NCBI GenBank assembly: GCA_965205655.1
Contig: CBDBIJ010000069.1
Span: forward strand, 1-21,540
Direction: 5' to 3'
Origin: Candidatus Latescibacterota bacterium
GTDB lineage: Bacteria > Latescibacterota > UBA2968 > UBA8231
DNA: 21,540 nt
Below are positions 1 through 7,293 of the stretch, one piece after another. Made by a program: the position numbers and the translations under genes. The first letter of the stretch is position 1; every line of letters starts with the position of its first letter. The notes beneath the pieces were generated by a model. It ran no database searches. It was given only the letters and a program-made list of their open reading frames with translations, and was not told the DNA's origin.

Positions 1-1064
1 TGCCAGAGGAACGTCGTGGCCGCTTTCTGAGGGCTCGTGGTGCCAGTGGAGCGCCTCTGAGATGTGGACCGGCCCAGGTTCCACCACTCTGCCAGATAGC
101 CTCCAACGGCTGCGTGGGTCGTCCCCAACATGTCCTCCTCAACCTCTGTGAGCATGAGTTGCCTCATGCGAGAGATGCCCACGACTTCGGCGTAGCGCTC
201 CGGCATGTACTGGGCGAAGACGAGCTTGCCGAGATCGTGAATGGTGCCGGCAAGCATGGCGATCTCCGACCTCTTCCGATCACCGGAGACTTTGCGTTCC
301 AACAGGGCCGCGGACATGCCGCAGGCAAGACAGTGCTTCCAGAATTGCTCCTGATCGAGCGCCTGCACATCGTTCGTCTCGAATGTCTGAAAAACGCTCG
401 TGGCCAGGACGAGATTCTTGACCATCTCCAATCCGAGCACGACGACCGCGCGACTGACCGTCTCCACCTGACGCCGCTGTCCGAAGAAGGCCGAGTTGGC
501 GATCTGCATGATCTTGGCTGCCACAGCGGGATCCCGGCTGATGACCTTGGCGACCTCTTCGGTGGAGGTCGTCTGCGGATCCTCGGTGACCTGGCACAGT
601 TCGGCGTATATCCGCGGAACCGGAGGCAGGGATTCTATCTCGCTGATGATCCGGTGGAGTCCGAGCAGCTCCATCTCCTGACTCGCCGTCTCCAGAAAAG
701 CAGTGCGAATGATCTCCGCGAGCTCCCGGTCGTTCCAGGGTTTGGCGATGACTTGCTTGATTTCCGCCTCTGAGAAGGCCTTCGTCACCGAGGCTCGATC
801 GGGATCGTCGGTCACGAGTATGCGCACAATGACAGGGTCGAGATCCCTGACCTCCTTAAGCAGAGCTACACCGTCCATCTCTGGCATGACCATGTTGGAT
901 ATGACCATATCGGCTGAGTACTCCTCGAGCAGGCCGAGTGCCTCTTTGCCACTGGACGCAGTCATAAGTTCCCAGTCGTTGCCGAGGAGGCCCTTGACCG
1001 ACTGCAGTACCGCGATGTCGTCGTCGACGAAGAGAATGGTTCTTTTTTTCCTTGCTTCAGTCAC
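1..1064 (-). CDS. Response regulator-like receiver (REC) + HDOD domain protein, runs off the window start; apparent frameshift near nt 72-75
   Basis: Not in the ORF track; translated by hand from GTG at 1064 (GAGAGG RBS about 9 nt upstream). REC part: TILFVDDD...DMVISNMVMPEMDG...IAKPW. HDOD part: LPPVPRIY...DPAVAAKIMQIANSAFFG...FWKHCLACG...HDLGKL...THAAVGGYLAEWWNL. The expected continuation PVHISEALHWHHEP lies in another frame after nt ~73. Confidence 0.88.
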   Translation of the reverse strand, partial: MTEARKKRTILFVDDDIAVLQSVKGLLGNDWELMTASSGKEALGLLEEYSADMVISNMVMPEMDGVALLKEVRDLDPVIVRILVTDDPDRASVTKAFSEAEIKQVIAKPWNDRELAEIIRTAFLETASQEMELLGLHRIISEIESLPPVPRIYAELCQVTEDPQTTSTEEVAKVISRDPAVAAKIMQIANSAFFGQRRQVETVSRAVVVLGLEMVKNLVLATSVFQTFETNDVQALDQEQFWKHCLACGMSAALLERKVSGDRKRSEIAMLAGTIHDLGKLVFAQYMPERYAEVVGISRMRQLMLTEVEEDMLGTTHAAVGGYLAEWWNLGRSTSQRRSTGTTSPQKAATTFLW

Positions 1065-1082
1065 AAATGGTTGCCTCTCGAA

Positions 1083-1783
1083 TCAGACCTGAGGACGATA
1101 CCGGATGCCTTCGTCCGTCATGCGAAACAGCGGCTGCGAGATATTTTCGGAGACCGTTACCCTGTCCTCTCCCATCTGGACGTGAACGTCCGCGAAGACC
1201 TTCTCTGAAACTTTGATCAGTGCTTCTCCGAGCTCCTGTTCGACTTTGACCTGAAGCTCATCCAGCGTCTTCTCGGATTTCTCCTTCGAATCGGCGAGCT
1301 CCTTCAGCTTTTTGACGGCGTCGACGAGGAACTGCTTCCTGGCCGCCGGCGCTCTCTCGATAGCCTCCCGGATTCGGGAGACATCCATCTTCTCCAACCC
1401 AAGAGTCCGCATGAGACGCAGGATGTTCGTATCGCAAAAACCGATGGCCTCGCGCAGCTTCTTCATGCGGGCAGCGTCTTCGGGGTTGGCGCCGGTGCCA
1501 ACCAGGGTGCGGTCCGTCGACGTCGAGCCGATCAGCTTGGCCTCGATGCCACCGGTGGCAATGACCTCGCCGCCCACGATACTCCCACCCCGATCCCCGC
1601 CCCCGGTGTTGACGATGACGCGACCTCCCGCACGCACGTGCCCACTGAATATGTAGCTGCCGACATTGATGTCGCCCTTGGCCATGACAGCACAGTTCTG
1701 AATAAACTTCGTCTCGACGTTGCCCAGGGCGACGACCTTCGTATCGCCGACAACGCCCTGAGATATGAGCACGTCGCCTTGGG
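1083..1783 (-). pseudogene. C-terminal fragment of FapA/DUF342-family protein (flagellar assembly protein A-like), N-terminal part missing
   Basis: ORF 1083..1772 has DUF342-type repeats (GDVLISQGVVG, GNVETKFIQNCAVMAKGDINV, GSIVGGEVIATGGIEAKLIGS), a coiled coil and a C-terminal VSEKVFADVHVQMG segment. The frame is closed by TAG a few codons upstream of ~1783, inside kinase sequence. Confidence 0.75.
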
Positions 1784-2284
1784 AATTCCAGGTCTAGCTC
1801 TCGTTTCTTTTTTTTAATCTCTTCCCGTGTACCAGCGGCCTGGTCCAAATGTCCTTGCTCCACGTGCCCTTCCAACTGCGTGTACGATTCGAGCAGATCC
1901 GACAGATCCTGCACGTACTCCCGCATGGTGTTCAGGTTGCTGGAGATAAAAGCCATGGGGTTGTTGATCTCGTGGGCGACACCGGCTGCGAGCTGACCGA
2001 TCGAGGCCATCTTTTCCGACTGTAGCAGCTGTGCCTGGTTTTCCTTGAGTCTCTGGTTCGCCTCCTCGAGCTCTTCCTTGCTCTGGCGCAGCGCCTCCTC
2101 TGCCTCTTTGCGCTCGGTGATGTCTTCCATCGTGCCTTCGTAGTAGAGCGGCTCACCGTTGTCGTCTCGGACGAGGCGTGCGTTTTCGGTGATCCAGCGA
2201 ATCGATCTGTCGGGACGGCGGATCTGCGCTTTGAAATTGGAAACGAATCCATGATCTTCCATCAAGATTCGGAACTGCTTCCGC

Positions 2285-2403
2285 TTGTCGGGGTCGACGT
2301 ATACGTCGACCCCGATGTCTAAAGCCCCGGATATCAGCTCCGCAACGGAGTCATAGCCGTGAATCTGGGCGAGGGACGGGTTCGCGCTCAGGAAGCGACC
2401 GTG
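2285..2403. repeat. Direct repeat copy 1 (119 bp, native PAS2 sequence) containing a perfect 28-bp palindrome at 2288-2315
   Basis: Matches 2717-2834 except for one G indel and one C/A substitution. TCGGGGTCGACGTATACGTCGACCCCGA is its own reverse complement. Confidence 0.95.
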
Positions 2404-2716
2404 AAGCGTCGTCTGGAAGATGCCCTCCATGGCGTGCTCGAAGATGGTGCGGTATTTCTCCTCGGCCACCCTGAGTGCTTGCTCAGCTGCCTTGCTCTCG
2501 GTGATGTCGAGGGCGATGCTGACGATCCCCCTGAGGCTCGCCCTCCTCGTCGTGCAACACAGAACTAGAATAGAGGATGGGGACCGTGCCTCCGTCTTTT
2601 CTCTTGTATACGGATTCTAACTTCACGGTAGCGCCTGCACGGCCGGCCTCTCCGGAAGTGCCAGTTTCGTCCGGGTGAGCGATCTTCTCGAAGGGTTCGC
2701 CAATGAGTTCCTCCAT

Positions 2717-2834
2717 TTGTCGGGTCGACGTATACGTCGACCCCGATGTCTAAAGCCCAGGATATCAGCTCCGCAACGGAGTCATAGCCGTGAATCTGGG
2801 CGAGGGACGGGTTCGCGCTCAGGAAGCGACCGTG
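2717..2834. repeat. Direct repeat copy 2 (118 bp) inserted into PAS1 coding sequence
   Basis: Encodes HGRFLSANPSLAQIHGYDSVAELISWALDIGVDVYVDP, placed between PAS1 residues NRATLE and QMEELIGEP. Confidence 0.95.
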
Positions 2835-3070
2835 CTCGAGCGTGGCGCGATTACGGTCTTGATGACCGTTTGTATCGAGGACGACGAGGCATGTCAGCAT
2901 CGATCGCAGGATATTCTGTAGGTACTCATTCGTGATCTCCACTTCCTGGTGGGCAAGGTAGAGCTCACGGGTTTTGTCCTCGGCCAGCTTCTCGAGAGCC
3001 GCAATTTTGGCTTCCGCTCTGGCAAGCCGCTTTCGCGCGACATCCAGGTTCATGGTCAATCGATCTCGCC

Positions 3071-3617
3071 TCAGGCGCCGAAAGTCAACTCGTACTCGGC
3101 GAGCTCCTCTCCCTGCTCCTGCTTGATCTCACGCTTGAAATCGATGGGACAATCGTAGTATTCGGCGACTCCCTCGATCAGGCCGTCCATCAAATCGTAC
3201 ATCTTCCGAGGTGACTGATAGATCATGATGAGACGGTCAGGGGCAGGATCTTTGTAGGTGAACCGCGGGGGCTCGGCATCGCTGTAGAGTTTGCGCACTT
3301 CGACGTGAATGATGTCGTGAACGGTCTGAAGGAACTGTTTCGGATGATCGAAGTTCGTCATGCTTTTGGGGACCTGCTCCATCAACCTGGGTAGGCACCC
3401 ATTTGCCGAAGGCCCGCATGCCATCCGAAAGTGGGATTCCGAGTTTCTCGACCGCCTTGCCGACGATCTGAAGCAGGTCCTCGTCTGGGTAGGTGCCCGG
3501 ACCGACGAACGGTTCCTCCGTAGCCAGCTCGCACTCATCCAGGATTTCTTCGAAGGTGTCGGTGCCCCAATTCTCGACGACGAACTGCTCGAAGAGACTG
3601 AATATCACGCCTTTCAT
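3071..3617 (-). CDS. H-NOX (haem NO/O2-binding, HNOB) domain protein, one apparent frameshift at 3398-3400
   Basis: GGAGGAGG RBS then MKGVIF start; GTYPDED; proximal His region IIHVEVRKLY; PPRF; YxSxR haem motif (YQSPR); GLIEGVAEYY. Removing one G after FGKW joins ORFs 3237..3623 and 3071..3538. Confidence 0.9.
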
Positions 3618-3640
3618 CTTCACCTCCTCCAGGTGTCAGT

Positions 3641-5395
3641 TCATTTGGAATCGAAGTAGGTTGTCAGGTCTTCACAACCGAGCGTATTGATGACGTCGAC
3701 AGCCTCCAGCCAGCCTTTGCGCGCGGTACCGATGCCGAATTCGAGATAATCCAGGTCGCCGACGCTATGGGCGTCCGTGTTTATGGCGATCTTCACGCCC
3801 AGCTCCCGGGCCTTGCGAAGATGACGCCAGTCCAGATCGAGCCGGTACGGATGAGCATTGAGCTCTACTGCCACATCGTTCGCAGCAGCGGCGGCCAGGA
3901 TCTCCTCGACAGCGATGGGAAACCCACCTCGCTCGAGGATAATGCGGCCGGTGGGGTGGGGGGCGAGGATGGTGCTGGAAGGGTGCTTGATGGCCCTGGT
4001 GACCCTGTTCGTCATCTCATCCTCGGCCATATTGAGCGGCGCATGCACGGCGATGACGACGAAGTCGAAGCCTGCCAGCGTATCGTCGTCATAGTCGAGG
4101 CTGCCGTCCTTCAGGATGTCCGACTCGATCCCCTTAAAGATATGAAAATCATCGTATTCGGCGTTCAGAGAGTCTATCTCCGCCCATTGCTGGCGAACGT
4201 CCTCATCCTTGAGTCCGAACACGTAACCGGCGGACTTGCTGTGATCGCAAAAGCCGGCGTACTCGTACCCCCGTTGCCGCACGGCCTCGGCCATCTCCTG
4301 CAGGGAGTTGTTGCCGTCGCTGTAATCGCTGTGGATGTGTAGCATGCCGCGGATCTGGTCGCCGGAGATGAGATCGGGCAGCTCACCGCTTTCGGCGGCT
4401 GCTACCTCTCCAAGCCCCTCCCTCAGCTCCGGCGGAATGTGCTCCAGTCCCAGAGCGGCGAAGAGCTCGGGCTCGTGCGCACAGGGCACGAGATTCTCTC
4501 CTTGAAACAGTCCGTACTCGTTCAGATGCATCCCCCTGGTGAGGGCCCTCGATCGCATCTGCACATTGTGGTCGGCGCTCCCGGTAAAGTGATGGAGAAT
4601 GGACGAAAAGTGGTCGTCGTCGACGACTCTCAGATCGGCCTGGATGCCGCTGTCGAGACGAACCGAGGTCTTGGTGTCGCCCCGGGCGATGACCTCGGTC
4701 ACGGAGGGGTGCTGTACGAAACTGTCGGACACGGCGGCCGGCGCGTCCGAGCTCAAAACGATGTCGATGTCCTTGACGGTCTCCTTGTGTCGGCGGAGAG
4801 ACCCGGCAATGCTGACGCGAATCGAGTTCGGATGACCCCTCAGGGCCTCGATCAGGGGCTCGGAGACCGCCAGGGCCTCGTGGAGACGATACCGACCCCT
4901 GAATTTCCGCGATCTGGCGATGGCCTCGAGGATGTTTTGCTCCGTCTTCGGTCCAAAGCCGGGTAGTCCGCCGAGCTTACCGGCGCGGCATGCCTCCTCG
5001 AGCTGCGCCACTCCATCAACATGCAGGGCATCGTGGATGGCCTTCACTTTCTTCGTCCCGAGTCCAGGAATGCGGAGGATATTGAGAAGTCCAGGCGGCA
5101 CCTTCCCGGCGAGCTCCTCGTGAGCCCGCGCTTTCCCAGAGCCCAGGAACTCGGTGATGAGCTCGGCCACTCCCTTGCCGACACCTTCGATGGAGGTGAG
5201 GGTTCCCTCAGCTGCCATCTCGGCCACATCCGCCTCGAGCTCCTCGATCATCCGGGCCGCGTTGGCGAATGCGCGGACCTTGAAGTCATTGGCGCCATCG
5301 AGCTCCAGGAGCTCGCTGTGATCGAAGAGGAACTGGATGACTTCGCGGTTCGACGCCGTTCCAATCGATGGATCAGATCTTGGCGAGGAGCTCAA
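3641..5395 (-). CDS. polX: DNA polymerase X family / PHP 3'-5' exonuclease
   Basis: HhH motifs (IEGVGKG, IPGLGTKK, LPGFGPK); polymerase motif GSLRRHKETVKDIDIV and QADLRVV; FTGS; PHP motifs HIHSDYSDG, DHS, GIESD, HPTGR, NTDAH. Start codon (TTG) is uncertain. Confidence 0.95.
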   Translation of the reverse strand: MSSSPRSDPSIGTASNREVIQFLFDHSELLELDGANDFKVRAFANAARMIEELEADVAEMAAEGTLTSIEGVGKGVAELITEFLGSGKARAHEELAGKVPPGLLNILRIPGLGTKKVKAIHDALHVDGVAQLEEACRAGKLGGLPGFGPKTEQNILEAIARSRKFRGRYRLHEALAVSEPLIEALRGHPNSIRVSIAGSLRRHKETVKDIDIVLSSDAPAAVSDSFVQHPSVTEVIARGDTKTSVRLDSGIQADLRVVDDDHFSSILHHFTGSADHNVQMRSRALTRGMHLNEYGLFQGENLVPCAHEPELFAALGLEHIPPELREGLGEVAAAESGELPDLISGDQIRGMLHIHSDYSDGNNSLQEMAEAVRQRGYEYAGFCDHSKSAGYVFGLKDEDVRQQWAEIDSLNAEYDDFHIFKGIESDILKDGSLDYDDDTLAGFDFVVIAVHAPLNMAEDEMTNRVTRAIKHPSSTILAPHPTGRIILERGGFPIAVEEILAAAAANDVAVELNAHPYRLDLDWRHLRKARELGVKIAINTDAHSVGDLDYLEFGIGTARKGWLEAVDVINTLGCEDLTTYFDSK

Positions 5396-6194
5396 GCATC
5401 TCGCCGGTCAAAGTGGGATTTCCGGCAACGAGACCGCCGCGGATGAGGGGGTCGGGCTGATTGTAGAGCCGCACCTCGCCTTCGAGGTCCACCATGAGGC
5501 CGGTGGCCTCGCGGACGAGAAGGTCGCCGGCGCACACATCCCATTCGTTTTTCGGCTGCACGCTGATGTTCATGTCCGCAGCTCCGGCCGCGACCACGGC
5601 GAGCTTGTAGGCGACGCTGCCAATGGGGCGGATCTCCCGCACATGGCCTTCGATGGCGTCCACCTCGCCGCGGGCCATCTCGCTGCGACTCACTCCCACC
5701 ACGGCTTTCTCGAGTACCGGCGTGTCGGTGCAGAACACGCGGGTGCCGTTGACGAAGGCGCCTCCTCCCTTTAAGGCGACGTAGATGTCATCTGCCGGCG
5801 GATTGTAGATGACGGCGACAACCGGCTCGCCGCGCTCGACGAGAGCGACCGAGACGACGAATTCGGGGATTTCCTCGACGAATTCCTTGGTGCCATCCAT
5901 CGGATCCACGATCCAGACCGCCTCCTTCGGCAAGCGATCGGGGGAGTCGGCCGTTTCCTCCGACAACCAGCCGTATTCCGGGTAGCTGCCCATCAGGCGC
6001 TTTCTGAGGCAGGCGTCGGCTTCAAGGTCGGCGTTGGTGACCGGATCGTAGTCAGCGTCGCGTACCGAATGATGAATTTCATCGCCAGCGGTGCCCTGTT
6101 TGTTCCGCACGGCGTAGTCGCCGCCATAGTATCGCAGCATGAGCTGCCCGGCCTCGCGGGCCGTTTCCATGGCGAGCTGGAGCTCTTCTCTCAT
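5373..6194 (-). CDS. cysQ: 3'(2'),5'-bisphosphate nucleotidase CysQ-like / inositol monophosphatase family
   Basis: IMPase-family motifs PVTNADLEAD, LSEET, WIVDPMDGTKEF, GSVAYKL, EWDVCAG. The GTKEF and EWD forms fit the CysQ subgroup. Confidence 0.8.
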   Translation of the reverse strand: MREELQLAMETAREAGQLMLRYYGGDYAVRNKQGTAGDEIHHSVRDADYDPVTNADLEADACLRKRLMGSYPEYGWLSEETADSPDRLPKEAVWIVDPMDGTKEFVEEIPEFVVSVALVERGEPVVAVIYNPPADDIYVALKGGGAFVNGTRVFCTDTPVLEKAVVGVSRSEMARGEVDAIEGHVREIRPIGSVAYKLAVVAAGAADMNISVQPKNEWDVCAGDLLVREATGLMVDLEGEVRLYNQPDPLIRGGLVAGNPTLTGEMLELLAKI

Positions 6195-6228
6195 GGTCAG
6201 TCAAGATAGGGGAGTGGAGGAGACGGGC

Positions 6229-6255
6229 AAAAAAAACCCCCACGTCCCTGTGGGG
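6229..6255 (-). terminator. Intrinsic terminator upstream of cysQ
   Basis: Minus strand CCCCAC-AGGGAC-GTGGGG(G) hairpin followed by 8 T, ending about 35 nt before the cysQ ATG. Confidence 0.75.
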
Positions 6256-6450
6256 CAATTTGACTCGCGACATCCCTGTCCGGCGGAGTGGGAAAGAGGT
6301 CCTCCCCCTCACTCCATCCATATTATCGGCGCCTGCAGCCAAATCTTCATCGGAATAGGCTCCACAGCTGCGTCCGTCCACTCCGATGACGCCAGGAAGC
6401 GGACGCTTAGGAATGCGGACGCCAGGTTTGACTCGGTGGTAGAGCACCTC
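6256..6450 (-). promoter_or_regulatory. Candidate structured leader RNA with 13-aa upstream ORF (6309..6350, MKIWLQAPIIWME)
   Basis: Several manually found stems, including a 10-bp stem (6347-6356 with 6380-6389) that covers the uORF AUG, and a hairpin over its stop codon. No known RNA family recognised. Confidence 0.4.
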
Positions 6451-6486
6451 TAGAATTGATACACGACGCGGGCAAGCGGGGTCTCA

Positions 6487-7254
6487 ATGCCGCATGCCTC
6501 GTGCCAGATCAGCCAAGCCTTCAACGCTGAGCACCATCACCCGGAGACGCCGTTGACACGCCTCAGATACAGCGCCGGAGTCGCCGCCGCGATTGTGGTT
6601 TTCGCGCAGACAGTTCCCGCTGTTCCGGCGGGCGCAGCCGAACTCGGGGCAGATGAGTCAGGCGCGGTTTTGAAGCAAACTCTCGAGAGACTGAGGGCGC
6701 AGGACCTGTGGGGAGAGGCCGTCCTGAGCAAGGGGGGAGTGCGTCAGATCAAGGTAGTCTCCGTGCAGGGGGACACGGTTCAGGTTCGGGAGGTGGTCGG
6801 GCCTTTCCAGGAAATGCCGGCCACCTACTCGCTCGGTGACTTCCACACCCTCCGGGAGCTTGGGCACTACCGCATATCCCAGAGGAGATCCGCCTACAGG
6901 CCGCCCAGATCACTGGCGACCGCGCTCCTGCTCGAACTCGTCATCCCCGGCGGCGGCAACTACTACGCCGGCGAAACGAAGCAGGCTTTTACTCTGGTGT
7001 TGTTTTCGGCGGGAGCGGTGGTCACGGCGGTGACGACGGGTGAAGACGGCGCCGCCGGCTGGGTGCCCGTTCTCGTGTGGACGAAGGTGGCTTCGATGTT
7101 TCACCTCGCCGACGAGATCCAGGCGATCAATACGACCCACGAACTCTCCGAGCGTGGCCGCCTTGGCGCCTCCGTGGACCACGGTGGCTCCCGGCTGACG
7201 GGGAGGTCCGGCGGGGTGGCCGTGCCAATTGTAGGTCTGCGCTATTCCTTCTAG
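6487..7254 (+). CDS. Hypothetical exported/membrane protein
   Basis: 255-aa ORF with a hydrophobic N-region (true start may be further downstream), a membrane motif RSLATALLLELVIPGGGNYYAG resembling TM2/DUF5683-like segments, and a C-terminal aromatic tail (LRYSF). Confidence 0.7.
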   Translation: MPHASCQISQAFNAEHHHPETPLTRLRYSAGVAAAIVVFAQTVPAVPAGAAELGADESGAVLKQTLERLRAQDLWGEAVLSKGGVRQIKVVSVQGDTVQVREVVGPFQEMPATYSLGDFHTLRELGHYRISQRRSAYRPPRSLATALLLELVIPGGGNYYAGETKQAFTLVLFSAGAVVTAVTTGEDGAAGWVPVLVWTKVASMFHLADEIQAINTTHELSERGRLGASVDHGGSRLTGRSGGVAVPIVGLRYSF

Positions 7255-7279
7255 TGTTCTGTCTCTCAGACAGAACACT
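7253..7279. terminator. Hairpin between convergent genes; arms resemble IS630 terminal inverted repeats
   Basis: AGTGTTCTGTCT-CTC-AGACAGAACACT, a 12-bp perfect stem with no U-tract. Confidence 0.55.
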
Positions 7280-7293
7280 CGTCAGCAGCTTGC

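Larger units (their letters stand above)
1784..3059 (-). pseudogene. H-NOX-associated sensor histidine kinase (coiled coil-PAS-PAS-HisKA), fragmented and truncated before the HATPase domain
   Basis: Pieces: 2565..3059 (ARAEAKIAALEKLAEDKTRELYLA, start of PAS1), 2483..2716 (rest of PAS1) and ORF 1258..2469 (PAS2, then H-box SIGQLAAGVAHEINNPMAFISSNL). Frameshift in the C5 run at 2527-2531 and a 118-bp duplicated insert at 2717-2834. Kinase-like sequence stops at ELDLEF (~1784); no N/G1/F/G2 boxes follow. Confidence 0.8.

Noticed and set aside
114..1092. Plus-strand ORFs 114..773 and 703..1092
   Set aside because: Antisense shadows of the minus-strand REC-HDOD gene, with no recognisable motifs.
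1258..1783. Arg-rich C-terminal extension of the 403-aa kinase ORF as a novel domain or true overlapping gene
   Set aside because: It is out-of-frame read-through of FapA coding sequence after the junction.
3641..5395. PolX as a catalytically dead variant or part of an NHEJ/defence island
   Set aside because: The catalytic DID and third Asp are present, and no ku, ligD or defence genes are visible in the window.
6385..6430. Short imperfect GACGC(C/TT)AGGAA(T)GCG repeats as a CRISPR array or iterons
   Set aside because: Only 2-3 degenerate units of about 15 bp, with no spacers and no cas or rep gene. Treated as part of the leader structure.
6079..6453. ORFs 6079..6447 (-) and 6139..6453 (+)
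   Set aside because: They overlap cysQ, cross the terminator and do not look like real proteins.
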